From the sequence record DRR723986_9968: a DNA stretch of 64,000 nt. The stretch is one strand, 5' to 3'. A model generated the notes under the pieces. The model worked only from the letters and a program-made list of their open reading frames with translations, was not told where the DNA came from and did no database searches. This document shows positions 7,791 through 17,973 of this stretch, piece by piece. Made by a program: the position numbers and the translations under genes. Each line of letters opens with the position of its first letter. Position 1 is the first letter of the stretch.

Positions 7791-8663
7791 TTATAACGTA
7801 TTCAATACTTGCTCCTTAATTTTCTCCAATTCATCCTTCATCTCTACAACCAATTTTTGCATTTCTGAATGATAGGATTTAGAACCCAGCGTATTGATTT
7901 CTCTTCCTATTTCTTGACTAATAAAGCCTAGTTTTTTTCCTTGAGATTTAGGCTGATCCATTACCTCAACAAAGTACTCTAGGTGCTTTGCCAATCTTTG
8001 CTTTTCTTCAGCAATGTCAATCTTTTCTATGTAATAAATCAACTCTTGCTCAAATCTATTCTTATCTACTTTCGTCCCAGATGCAAATTCTTCTAAATTA
8101 GATTCGATTCTATTTTTAATATCCTCAATTCTGGCTTTTTCAAAATTCGGAACTTGTTCAAATGCATTTGAGATGTTTGTTATTCTCGTCTTGAACTCAT
8201 CATATAAAGCCTTACCCTCTTCATTTCTGAAATCAATGTGTTTTTGGGTTGCTTGCTTAACCAAGTCAAAAATAAACTCCCACTCTTTTTCATCTGCTTC
8301 TTCACTTTCAGATGAAAAAATATCTGGCATCTTCAACAAAGTCGCCAAAACATCATTTGTTGGAATTTCAAGGTATGCACCTAAGTCAACAAGTTCAGCA
8401 TAATACCTCCCCGCAACTTCTTTATTAATACTGTAAGACTTTGCTTCACCATTGGTTTCAACATTGATATTGCATTCTATTTTTCCTCTATCAAGTTGAC
8501 TGGCTAAGTACTTTCGCAAGTCAATCTCATGTTCTTTGTATTGCGGAAGCATACGAACGTAAAGATCAAGGTTTTTACTGTTTAAAGATTTTATCTCTAC
8601 AGTGATTTTTTTATTTTGGTAAGTTCCGGTCGCTTTACCGAAGCCTGTCATTGATTGCAGCAT
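7791..8663 (-). CDS. yicC: YicC/YloC family endoribonuclease
   Basis: SMTGFG N-terminus, GKKLGFISQEIGREINTLGSK and ELEKIKEQVLN motifs. Confidence 0.93.
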   Translation of the reverse strand: MLQSMTGFGKATGTYQNKKITVEIKSLNSKNLDLYVRMLPQYKEHEIDLRKYLASQLDRGKIECNINVETNGEAKSYSINKEVAGRYYAELVDLGAYLEIPTNDVLATLLKMPDIFSSESEEADEKEWEFIFDLVKQATQKHIDFRNEEGKALYDEFKTRITNISNAFEQVPNFEKARIEDIKNRIESNLEEFASGTKVDKNRFEQELIYYIEKIDIAEEKQRLAKHLEYFVEVMDQPKSQGKKLGFISQEIGREINTLGSKSYHSEMQKLVVEMKDELEKIKEQVLNTL

Positions 8664-8801
8664 GAGCTTTCAAATTTCAACAAAAATAGGAATTTAAACT
8701 TGGTTGATGAATTCAATCTTTAGTGAAGATGAAAAGGGCATAAGATTTGCATTGTGCAGATAGCTTTAAACTTCTTTTAAATCTGAGTGTTATTAAAGTG
8801 C

Positions 8802-8809
8802 TAAATTTG
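8802..8809 (+). promoter_or_regulatory. Bacteroidota sigma70 -7 element for the dar cluster
   Basis: TAAATTTG 24 bp upstream of ATG 8833. Confidence 0.6.
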
Positions 8810-8832
8810 AATGATTAAACCCTTTTGATAAA

Positions 8833-9303
8833 ATGAAAAACCTCTTGATTCTGCTGTTGATTTTTTCTACATACGCTGGGGCGCAAGTAGACCAAAGAGC
8901 TTACTACAAAGCCTTGGAAAGTGAAGAGCAGGCCATTTTAGATTCGAAAATTCAGGAACTTGAAAAAGTGAAATCCTCTACCCTGGTGAACGCCTATAAA
9001 GGAGCTCTGATTGCTAAAAAAGCATCTTTTTTGAAAGGAATGAAAGAGAAACTTGATACGTTTAAGCAGGGAGTTGATCTGCTTGAAACTGCTATTGAGA
9101 AATATCCAAAAAATACGGAATATCGCTTTCTCAGATTATCCGTTCAAGAAAATTGTCCGAAAATTCTGAAATACAATGTCAATATTGATGAAGATAAAAA
9201 ACATATAGTTGCTAACTTTAGCTCATTGAAAGATCAACTTCAACAAATCATTAGAGATTATGCTCGGAGTTCTTCAATTTTAGACCCAAAAGAACTGCAG
9301 TAG
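8833..9303 (+). CDS. Secreted helical hypothetical protein, first gene of the DAR cluster
   Basis: Signal peptide and EYRFLRLSVQENCPKIL motif; tightly linked to darA. Confidence 0.7.
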   Translation: MKNLLILLLIFSTYAGAQVDQRAYYKALESEEQAILDSKIQELEKVKSSTLVNAYKGALIAKKASFLKGMKEKLDTFKQGVDLLETAIEKYPKNTEYRFLRLSVQENCPKILKYNVNIDEDKKHIVANFSSLKDQLQQIIRDYARSSSILDPKELQ

Positions 9304-9306
9304 CAC

Positions 9307-10224
9307 ATGAAAAAAATCTTGCTCATCAATTATTCTCAATCTGGTCAGTTACACGAGATTTTAGAAAACTTTATCTCTCCTTTTACTGAATTTGATGTTG
9401 ACCGTGTAATTGTGGAACCTTTAAAAGAATTCGAATTTCCCTGGAAAACAGACAGATTCTATGATGCAATGCCAGAATCTGTCCTTGAAATCCCGGCCGA
9501 GATAAAACCGATTGATTATAAGCATGAACGGTATGATTTGATAGTTTTCGGTTATCAACCCTGGTTCCTTTCTCCATCTATTCCGGCCAATTCTTTATTG
9601 CATGATGAAGCATTTAAAGCGAAACTTAAAGGCACAGATGTGATCACCATAATTGGCGCCAGAAACATGTGGCTCAATTCACAAGAAGCAGTAATCAAGC
9701 AACTGAAAGAAGCGGGTGCCAATCTTGTTGGGAATATTCCATTAGCAGACCGAAGCTCAAATTTAGTGTCAGCTATAGCGATTCTGCATTGGATGTCAAC
9801 AGGAAAAAAGACTAAAAAATGGGGGATTTTCCCAAAACCTGGAGTTTCGGATGAAGACATAGCTTTTGCTTCAGAATATGGTAAGATGACCCTAAGCAAA
9901 TTGAATGAATCCAATCTCAAAGGTCTTCAAGATGATTTTCTAAATGCGGGAAAATTCCACTTGACTACAACCGTTTTATTCATTGAAGGCAGAGCAAAAA
10001 AGTTATTCCAAATTTGGGCGAATAAAATCATTAAAAAAGAAAAGCCCTCAGCACGAAAACGTTGGCTTGTAGGCTTTAGATGCTATCTTGTTTTCGCCTT
10101 ATTCATAGTTTCACCTATTATTGTCACGATTTATTCGATATTGGTGCGACCTTTTACGCAGAAAAAGATCAAAGCGCAAAAGCAACAATTTTTTTACTCA
10201 GGAATTCCATCAATGAAGCAATAA
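9307..10224 (+). CDS. darA: Dialkylresorcinol condensing/aromatising enzyme DarA
   Basis: YSQSGQL, FPW, YQPWFLSPSIP and GARNMW motifs; upstream of a darB-type KS. Confidence 0.88.
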   Translation: MKKILLINYSQSGQLHEILENFISPFTEFDVDRVIVEPLKEFEFPWKTDRFYDAMPESVLEIPAEIKPIDYKHERYDLIVFGYQPWFLSPSIPANSLLHDEAFKAKLKGTDVITIIGARNMWLNSQEAVIKQLKEAGANLVGNIPLADRSSNLVSAIAILHWMSTGKKTKKWGIFPKPGVSDEDIAFASEYGKMTLSKLNESNLKGLQDDFLNAGKFHLTTTVLFIEGRAKKLFQIWANKIIKKEKPSARKRWLVGFRCYLVFALFIVSPIIVTIYSILVRPFTQKKIKAQKQQFFYSGIPSMKQ

Positions 10225-11898
10225 ATGGAGAACAATTTTGATATCATTATAGCCGGTGGCGGTCTTGCAGGATTATGCTTAGGATTACAACTTAAAAAAG
10301 CAAATCCAGAAGCGAGTATTTTAATTGCAGAAAAAAACGCCACAAACCCAGTTGATTCTGCCCACAAAGTTGGAGAATCTACCGTAGAACTCGGCACCTA
10401 TTATTTACGAGAAATTCTCGGTTTAAAAGACTATTTAGATCAAGATCAATTGCCAAAACACGGATTGCGATTTTTTCTAACTCCAAGTAAAAGAGATCAA
10501 ATTGATCAACGTGCAGAAATCGGCCCCATAAATCCACCCCCTGTTCCAAGTCATCAATTAGATAGAGGAATATTTGAAAATGAATTGCTTAAAAGAAACA
10601 AGGAATTGGGCAATACGATTTTACAAGGTGCAACTGTAACCGGAGCAGAAATTGATGAAACAGGTCACAACATCAGCATTGAAACTGAAAATCAAACCAT
10701 TAATTATAAGGCAAAATGGTTAGTTGATGCCACCGGAAGACTAGCTTTTTTAAAGCGTAAACTTAAGTTAACCGAATCTGTTGAGCACAATATCAATACC
10801 TGCTGGTTCAGAGTTAAAGGTGAAATTGATGTAACAGATTGGTCTGATAACTCTGCATGGAAGTCAAAACTAAAACCTGGACTGAGAAGATTGAGCACCA
10901 ATCACCTGATGGGACCTGGATATTGGGTTTGGTTAATACCATTATCCTCAGGAAATACTTCTGTAGGCATTGTTGCAGATCCAAGGCATGTCGAATTCAA
11001 TAAAATCAATCGATTTGATAAAGCACTAGAATGGTTAAAAGAAAATGAGCCACAATGTGCTGCTGTAATTGAAGAAAAAAAAGATGACCTGCTCGACTTT
11101 ATGGTCTTAAAAAAATATGCTCATGGGGCCAAGCAATTATATTCTCATGAACGTTGGTGTGCCGTTGGGGACGCTGGTGTATTTGCAGACCCTTTCTATT
11201 CTCCTGGAACGGATTTTATAGGAATGTCGAACAGTTGGATCAGTGATTTGATTACACGAGATTTAAACCAGGAGGATATTCATGTACGAACTATCGTCTA
11301 TGAACGCACGCACAAAGCCATGTTTGAAAATTGGCTGCATATTTACACCAATAAATATCCACTATTTGGTCAAAGTCAAATAATGATTCCAAAGATTTTT
11401 TGGGATTGGGCAAATTATTGGGCTATTCCATCATTACTGTTTTTTAACGGTGGATATACTGATATGGATGTGCTGAGGGCACTCTTTTTTAACGAAGACA
11501 GTCCTGGTCAAAAATTTGGAAAGCTGAACCAAAGCGTGCAACAATTGTTCATGGATTGGGGCAAGTTTCAAGAGCAAGATCACAGCAATTTTTATATCGA
11601 CCCTTTTGAAATTAAATTCCTTGAAGATTTACATCTAGATTTAAAAATCAATTATACTGGAAATCAGTTGATTGTAAAAGTTGTTGATAATCTTCAATTA
11701 TTAGAGTCTATTGCTACTGAAATTATGAGATATACACAATTCATAAAAACCGGCTCCTATGAAAAAGGAGCCATTAATCCGTATCAATTTAAGTTGGAAA
11801 ATTCTCCATCTGAAAATCAAAATATAGATGGTGGAATAGACTATAACAAGGAAATTGCTACTCAATTGAACAAAATATGGCTTAAACAACGAAATTAA
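10225..11898 (+). CDS. Flavin-dependent halogenase-family oxidoreductase
   Basis: GGGLAG FAD motif, KVGES, PKHG (candidate catalytic Lys), WVWLIP (WxWxIP) and GDAGVFADPFYSPG. Confidence 0.8.
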   Translation: MENNFDIIIAGGGLAGLCLGLQLKKANPEASILIAEKNATNPVDSAHKVGESTVELGTYYLREILGLKDYLDQDQLPKHGLRFFLTPSKRDQIDQRAEIGPINPPPVPSHQLDRGIFENELLKRNKELGNTILQGATVTGAEIDETGHNISIETENQTINYKAKWLVDATGRLAFLKRKLKLTESVEHNINTCWFRVKGEIDVTDWSDNSAWKSKLKPGLRRLSTNHLMGPGYWVWLIPLSSGNTSVGIVADPRHVEFNKINRFDKALEWLKENEPQCAAVIEEKKDDLLDFMVLKKYAHGAKQLYSHERWCAVGDAGVFADPFYSPGTDFIGMSNSWISDLITRDLNQEDIHVRTIVYERTHKAMFENWLHIYTNKYPLFGQSQIMIPKIFWDWANYWAIPSLLFFNGGYTDMDVLRALFFNEDSPGQKFGKLNQSVQQLFMDWGKFQEQDHSNFYIDPFEIKFLEDLHLDLKINYTGNQLIVKVVDNLQLLESIATEIMRYTQFIKTGSYEKGAINPYQFKLENSPSENQNIDGGIDYNKEIATQLNKIWLKQRN

Positions 11899-11954
11899 CT
11901 GGCATTTGAATCTATAGATAAATGATTACTTTTACACAAATTTTTTAATTACAA

Positions 11955-13097
11955 ATGGGAGAGGTTTACATTACAAAAACAGCAAATTTTTTACCCAATG
12001 ACGTTGTTTCTAATGATGAGATGGAAGAATACCTAGGTTTGATTAATGGGAAAAAATCAAAGTCTAGATTACTCGTTTTACGAAATAATAAAATTAAACA
12101 ACGCTATTATGCATTAACTAAGGATGGTAAAACCACCCACACGAATGCTGAAATGGCAGCTCTTGCTATTCGTAATTTATTTGATAACAAAACAGAAGGT
12201 CTTCAATCAATAGATTTAATTGCTTGCGGAACATCAACTCCAGACCAAATGATGCCCTCTCATGCTGTTATGGTTCATGGTCATTTGCCTGAATCAAATG
12301 CGATTGAGGTTGTTTCTCCTTCAGGGGTTTGCTGCTCTGGAATGCATGCGTTGAAATATGCTTATAATGCCGTAAAGGTTGGCGATAAAAAAAATGCGGT
12401 CACAACGGGTTCTGAACGTTTAGCTAAAATATTAAGATCAGAACAGTACGAAGAAGAAATTTCTAAACTTTCAGAGCTAGAGGCTAATCCGCACTTAGCT
12501 TTTGAGAAAGACTTTTTAAGATGGATGTTGTCTGATGGAGCAGCCGCTTTTTTATTGCAAGATAAGCCATCAAGTGACGGAATTTCATTAAAAATTGATT
12601 GGGTTGATGGTGCTTCTTACGCCAATAATCAACCAGCTTGCATGTACATGGCCTCTGATAAAAATGAAGATGGTTCATTGAGAAGTTATTTAGATTTTAC
12701 ACCTGAAGAAGTATTCGATAAATCGGTAATGAGCATCAAACAAGATGTAAAATTATTGAGCGAAAATATCGTTAAACTAGGATTCGATCGACTGGTTGAA
12801 ATCTTTAAAGATAGAGGAGAAACAGTGGACAATGTTGATCACTTTTTACCTCACCTATCATCATTCTTTTTTGAAGATAAAATTGAATCCATTTTGATTG
12901 ATAACGGCATGCCTATTCCAAAAGAAAAATGGTTTACAAACCTAGCATACACCGGTAACGTTGGAGCAGGCTCAATTTATTTAATGGTTGACGAACTCTT
13001 CAATAGCGGTAAGCTTAAAAAGGGTGAACGGATTTTATTAGTAGTGCCTGAATCTTCAAGATTTTCATACATGTATGCCATGCTAACTGTTTGTTAG
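11955..13097 (+). CDS. darB: DarB/StlD-type ketosynthase III (dialkylcyclohexanedione synthase)
   Basis: GVCCSG active site, FLRWMLSDGA, HLSS, GNVGAGS and VPESSRF motifs. Confidence 0.9.
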   Translation: MGEVYITKTANFLPNDVVSNDEMEEYLGLINGKKSKSRLLVLRNNKIKQRYYALTKDGKTTHTNAEMAALAIRNLFDNKTEGLQSIDLIACGTSTPDQMMPSHAVMVHGHLPESNAIEVVSPSGVCCSGMHALKYAYNAVKVGDKKNAVTTGSERLAKILRSEQYEEEISKLSELEANPHLAFEKDFLRWMLSDGAAAFLLQDKPSSDGISLKIDWVDGASYANNQPACMYMASDKNEDGSLRSYLDFTPEEVFDKSVMSIKQDVKLLSENIVKLGFDRLVEIFKDRGETVDNVDHFLPHLSSFFFEDKIESILIDNGMPIPKEKWFTNLAYTGNVGAGSIYLMVDELFNSGKLKKGERILLVVPESSRFSYMYAMLTVC

Positions 13098-13496
13098 ATG
13101 AAAAAGAAAGACCTTCCTCAAGATAAAAGTGCTCTTGAAAACTTCACAAGAGAGGTGCATTATGTCAAAAACGAAGACAATAAATATGACACTGCTTTAA
13201 GTGAAGGCTGGGAAGTTAAGAAACAAGCGCTAGACAATGCTTGGGAAGATTTCAACGAAAAAACAGAAGCGGCAAGAAAAGCAGTAGCAGCAGGAACTAA
13301 AAGTCCAATATTTTATTTCATGGAAAAATCCGTGATGGATGTTAGCATTCTAGCCGCCTACTCTGGTCAATGGAAAATTACTGTTAAAAAGCACTTTAAG
13401 CCAGCTGTTTTCAAAAAGTTATCGGAAGAAAAACTCAATAAATACGCCGAAATATTTGACATCACTGTTGATGAATTAAAAAATTTTAAAGGATAG
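13098..13496 (+). CDS. Conserved hypothetical protein of DAR/flexirubin clusters
   Basis: PQD, GWEVK, SPIFYFM and KHFKP motifs; translationally coupled to its neighbours. Confidence 0.75.
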   Translation: MKKKDLPQDKSALENFTREVHYVKNEDNKYDTALSEGWEVKKQALDNAWEDFNEKTEAARKAVAAGTKSPIFYFMEKSVMDVSILAAYSGQWKITVKKHFKPAVFKKLSEEKLNKYAEIFDITVDELKNFKG

Positions 13497-14512
13497 TGAA
13501 AGTCGAAAACTACAAACATGTTCAAACCGCCCATTGCGAAAATGGGGTGATAACGAGTCTACTCAAACATCAAGGAATTGATAAGATAACAGAGCCTTTG
13601 GCTTTTGGTATCGGATCAGGTCTTTTTTACATTCATATCCCTTTTTTGAAAGTTCAAGGTGGTCCTGGAATTGCATACAGGAGTATGCCGGGTGCAGTTT
13701 TTTCGAGAACCTGCTCAGCTTTGAAAATCGACATGAAAAAGAAGAAATTCAAAGATCCTAAAGCAGGCATCAAGTATTTAAATGATAAAATTGCTCAAGG
13801 CATTCCGGTTGGTTGTCAAGTTGGCGTTTTTCATCTCGATTACTTCCCAAAAGAATATCGCTTTCATTTTAATGCGCATAACTTAATTGTTTATGGAATT
13901 GAAGGAGACGAATACCTAGTGAGTGATCCGGTAATGGAAGATGTTACGCGTTTGAACAGTTATCAAATGGAGCGTGCGCGATTCGCAAAAGGCGTTTTAG
14001 CACCCAAAGGGCATGTTTACTATCCGGAAAATGTAGGCGAAATCAGTGATGAGTTAATGCGCAAGGGAATCATTAAAGGCATCAAAAGAAATGCCTTTGA
14101 CATGTTGAAAATCCCTACAGGTATTGCTGGTGTTAATGGGATAAAATTTACGGCAAAAAAGGTAAGAAAACTTGGACTTCAAGGTGATCTGAAAGCTGCA
14201 AGTTTATATCTAGGGCAAATCATCCGAATGCAAGAAGAAATTGGAACAGGTGGAGGTGGTTTCAGGTTTTTATACGCCGCGTTTTTAGAACAAGCCGTAG
14301 CCTATGTCCAAGATGATAGATTACTGGGTATATCTGAAAAAATTACGAAAGCTGGAGACATGTGGAGAGATGCTGCGGTACAAATGGCAGGTATTTATAA
14401 AGGAAGATTAACCGAACAAAAAGACTTTGACGCTGTTGCAGACTTAATGGTATCCATATCTGAAGTTGAAAAAGATGCCTTTACCTCACTTAGAAAATTG
14501 AAATTGAAATAG
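13496..14512 (+). CDS. BtrH N-terminal / C39-peptidase-like protein
   Basis: AHCENG, AFGIGSG, HFNAHN and EEIGTGGGGFR motifs; GTG start. Confidence 0.8.
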   Translation: MKVENYKHVQTAHCENGVITSLLKHQGIDKITEPLAFGIGSGLFYIHIPFLKVQGGPGIAYRSMPGAVFSRTCSALKIDMKKKKFKDPKAGIKYLNDKIAQGIPVGCQVGVFHLDYFPKEYRFHFNAHNLIVYGIEGDEYLVSDPVMEDVTRLNSYQMERARFAKGVLAPKGHVYYPENVGEISDELMRKGIIKGIKRNAFDMLKIPTGIAGVNGIKFTAKKVRKLGLQGDLKAASLYLGQIIRMQEEIGTGGGGFRFLYAAFLEQAVAYVQDDRLLGISEKITKAGDMWRDAAVQMAGIYKGRLTEQKDFDAVADLMVSISEVEKDAFTSLRKLKLK

Positions 14513-15252
14513 TGTCAACTTTTGAATCTATAACAATTACCGATCTTAAAAAACGGTACAAGAAATCGCAAATTGATAGTTTAAAATCTATCAGTTTTAA
14601 CATCCCTAAAGGAAGTAGAACAGGAATTCTTGGACCAAACGGAGCAGGAAAATCAACACTTATTTCAATCATTTGTGGAATTCTAGAACCTTCTTCTGGA
14701 TCAGTAAAATTCTCTAAAGATGATGGATCAGCTTTTGAGGGCAACGATTTAAAAAAGCAAATCGGTTTCGTTCCGCAAGAATATGCCCTCTATGAAGATC
14801 TCACCCTCATGCAAAATATAGAATACTTCGGTGCTTTGTATGAATTGAGCAAAGATCAAATTCAAGAAAGAGCCAAATTATTGATTACTGAATTTGACCT
14901 TTTGGATGTTGGCAATAAAAAAGTAAAAGGATTTTCAGGAGGTATGAAAAGAAGAGTTAATCTCATCTTGAGCATCCTACATCAACCATCAATTCTATTT
15001 TTAGATGAACCCACGGCAGGAGTTGATGTTCAAAACAAACATGCCATCATTAATTATCTCAAAAAATTAAATGAATTGGGCATCACCTTAATTTATTCTT
15101 CGCATCATCTTGATGAAGCTGAACAACTGTGTGACAACATTATTTTGCTCAACAAGGGAGAAATTGTAGCGAACGACACCATTGATCAATTGATGAATCA
15201 AACGGAGTCAAAGTCGTTGACCGAATTATTTCTGAGTCTTACCAATGGTTAA
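14512..15252 (+). CDS. ABC transporter ATP-binding protein
   Basis: GPNGAGKS, FSGGM, LFLDEPT and SSHH motifs. Confidence 0.95.
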   Translation: MSTFESITITDLKKRYKKSQIDSLKSISFNIPKGSRTGILGPNGAGKSTLISIICGILEPSSGSVKFSKDDGSAFEGNDLKKQIGFVPQEYALYEDLTLMQNIEYFGALYELSKDQIQERAKLLITEFDLLDVGNKKVKGFSGGMKRRVNLILSILHQPSILFLDEPTAGVDVQNKHAIINYLKKLNELGITLIYSSHHLDEAEQLCDNIILLNKGEIVANDTIDQLMNQTESKSLTELFLSLTNG

Positions 15253-16516
15253 ATTAAGAGCGGCCATATTGAAAGAAATAAGACAGTTGAAAAGCGACTT
15301 TCTCGGTCTTATCATGCTTTTTGTGTTGCCAGTAATTTTAGTGCTCATCATTACACTGGTGCAAGACAGTGCTTACCGAATTGTCAATGAAAACAATATT
15401 TCTGTGCTTATTGGCAATGATGATGAAGGAGGTTCGTCTCAAAAACTCATTGAACTGCTTGATGATTCAAAAATGTTTATTGTACATCACACAGATGTTT
15501 CAGAAGCAGAATTGAAAGATGAATTGTTGGCGCAAGATATGCAAATGGCACTGTATATTTCTCCTGATTTCTCAGAAAAATTAGGAGCCAAAGCGAAAAG
15601 CACTAGTGACTTGATGATGTCAGAATTAGGAGTGACGGAAGCTGTTGATAATGGATCTACTATTCAATCACCCGAGCTTGATTTGTACTATGACCCTGTG
15701 CTACAAGACAACTTTACTTTATCGATAGTTGGCATCTTAAATTCATATTTAAGCATGGTAGAAAGTGAGTTAATGATTTCCTCAGTTTTTGCTGAGATGG
15801 AAATGGAAACTCCACCAGAATTAATGGAGAATATGAAGAATAACCAGGTTGCTATAAATCGTATTCCTGCTCAAATAAATGGAGGTAAAATAAATCCGAA
15901 CTCAACTCAACATAACGTTCCTGCATGGACCATTTTTGCTATGTTTTTTATGGTGATTTCATTAGGAGGAAACATTGTCAACGAAAGAACTTCTGGCAGC
16001 TTTCAGCGTTTAAAAACCTTGCCTACAAGTTTCGGTGTGGTTTTAACAAGTAAGGTAGCTGTTTTTGTAGTGGTCGCATTGCTTCAATTAACCTTGATTT
16101 TCTCCCTGGGTAAATTCTTATTCCCAGTTATGGGCTTACCAACCTTAGTGCTACCTTCAAATATTATTGGATTTATTCTGATTTCAATTTTATGTAGTTT
16201 GTCCGCAGTGAGTTTCGCACTCTTAATTGGTACCTACACCAAAAGTCAAGTACAAGCCAACGGAATTGGTGCTGTACTGGTCATCATATTTGCGGCAATT
16301 GGCGGAGTTTGGGTTCCACTTTTTATTATGCCTGACTATATGCAAACAATTGGATCGTTCTCACCACTCTATTGGTGCCTAGAAGGATTCTACATCTTAT
16401 TTTTAGAAAAAGGAGATTGGATGGCATTGCTTCCGGTTATTACTTTTCTAGTAATCTTTATATTTACATGTCAATTCTTAACAATATTAAAACTTCGAAT
16501 TGAAAAATTAATCTAA
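15245..16516 (+). CDS. ABC-2 type permease
   Basis: N-terminal TM, periplasmic loop, QHNVPAW and 5 C-terminal TMs. Confidence 0.9.
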   Translation: MVKLRAAILKEIRQLKSDFLGLIMLFVLPVILVLIITLVQDSAYRIVNENNISVLIGNDDEGGSSQKLIELLDDSKMFIVHHTDVSEAELKDELLAQDMQMALYISPDFSEKLGAKAKSTSDLMMSELGVTEAVDNGSTIQSPELDLYYDPVLQDNFTLSIVGILNSYLSMVESELMISSVFAEMEMETPPELMENMKNNQVAINRIPAQINGGKINPNSTQHNVPAWTIFAMFFMVISLGGNIVNERTSGSFQRLKTLPTSFGVVLTSKVAVFVVVALLQLTLIFSLGKFLFPVMGLPTLVLPSNIIGFILISILCSLSAVSFALLIGTYTKSQVQANGIGAVLVIIFAAIGGVWVPLFIMPDYMQTIGSFSPLYWCLEGFYILFLEKGDWMALLPVITFLVIFIFTCQFLTILKLRIEKLI

Positions 16517-16518
16517 CA

Positions 16519-16785
16519 ATGGCTTCAGAAGAATTAAAATTAGAAATTAAAAAACACATCATTAATTACTGTAATTTAATGGGTGTAGAACCTGAAAGCG
16601 TTGGTGATGACACCCCTCTTTTCGGAGACGGATTAGGTCTTGACTCAATTGATTCACTGGAGCTGGTTGTTTTACTTGAGCGTGAATACGGTATTAAAAT
16701 TAATAATCCACAAGAGGGGCGTAAAATTTTGGTAGACGTCAATCACATGGCTGACTATATCGAAGCGAATAAGACCAAAGGATAA
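16519..16785 (+). CDS. Acyl carrier protein
   Basis: GLGLDSIDSLEL phosphopantetheine site. Confidence 0.93.
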   Translation: MASEELKLEIKKHIINYCNLMGVEPESVGDDTPLFGDGLGLDSIDSLELVVLLEREYGIKINNPQEGRKILVDVNHMADYIEANKTKG

Positions 16786-17972
16786 TGAGTAAAGTTGTTG
16801 TTACTGGAATTGGAGTTATATCTGCCATTGGTAACAATGTACTTGAAAACCATCAATCATTAAAATCGGGTAAAACTGGGATTCGCAAAGCACAGTTTTT
16901 ATCATCCAATTATCAAAAAAACTACCTTTTTGGTGAAGTCAATTTGAGTAATGCAGCATTACTTGAAAACATTTCTTTTGCGGATAAAAAGGGGCTCAGC
17001 AGAACAGATTTACTTGCAATCACTGCATTTGAAGAAGCCATTCAAAATGCCCAATTAAGTGCTGACGATCTTTCTAACTTTGAAACCGGATTTATTTCAG
17101 GATCAACAGTTGGGGGCATGTGTGAAACCGAGCATTTGTTTGAGGATGCTACTGCAATTGAACATCCTTCAGAACATATTGATGCCTACACCTGCAATGC
17201 TCATTTATTGAAGATTGCTAAGAAATATCAAATCAAAGGCTATACGGATGTTATCAACACGGCATGTTCTTCTTCTGCAAATGCCATTATGTTAGGTGCC
17301 AAACTGATTAAATCTGGACGCGCTAAACGAATGATTGTTGGCGGAACAGATGCCCTAGCTAAATTCACGGTCAACGGATTTAACGCATTGCAGATATTTT
17401 CGCCCGAGATTTGTCAACCATTTGATCAGAATCGAAAAGGTTTAAATTTAGGAGAAGGCGCGGCCTATTTAGTTTTAGAAAAAGAAGACTTAGCTGCCGG
17501 TAAAACCATTTACGCTGAAATTAAAGGATACGGAAACAGTAATGATGCTTACCACGCCTCTTCTTTATCTGAAGAAGCGATTGGAGTCAGAGCTTGTATC
17601 ACTGAAGCATTGCATACCGCCCAGCTTAATGGCGCAGACATAGATTATGTGAATGCACACGGAACAGCAACAGAAAACAACGACATAACTGAGCTGAGAG
17701 GCCTCACAGAAACTTTAGGCGAACTACCTCCTTATAATTCTACCAAATCATACACAGGTCATACATTAGGTGCGGCCGGAGCAATTGAGGCAGTCTTCAG
17801 CATTCTTGCTTTGCAAAACAACGAACTGTACCAAAGTTTACACGTTGATCAGGCCATTGAAGGCTACCCCGGCCCAATTGCAAATCAAAGCTCAAAAGAA
17901 ATCAAACATGTATTGAGCAATTCGTTCGGATTTGCAGGAAATTGTAGCTCATTAATCATTAGTCAAGTTTGA
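16785..17972 (+). CDS. Beta-ketoacyl-ACP synthase (FabF-like, aryl polyene/flexirubin type)
   Basis: TACSSS, NAHGTAT, KSYTGHTLGAAG and SNSFGFAG motifs. Confidence 0.92.
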   Translation: MSKVVVTGIGVISAIGNNVLENHQSLKSGKTGIRKAQFLSSNYQKNYLFGEVNLSNAALLENISFADKKGLSRTDLLAITAFEEAIQNAQLSADDLSNFETGFISGSTVGGMCETEHLFEDATAIEHPSEHIDAYTCNAHLLKIAKKYQIKGYTDVINTACSSSANAIMLGAKLIKSGRAKRMIVGGTDALAKFTVNGFNALQIFSPEICQPFDQNRKGLNLGEGAAYLVLEKEDLAAGKTIYAEIKGYGNSNDAYHASSLSEEAIGVRACITEALHTAQLNGADIDYVNAHGTATENNDITELRGLTETLGELPPYNSTKSYTGHTLGAAGAIEAVFSILALQNNELYQSLHVDQAIEGYPGPIANQSSKEIKHVLSNSFGFAGNCSSLIISQV

Positions 17973-17973
17973 T

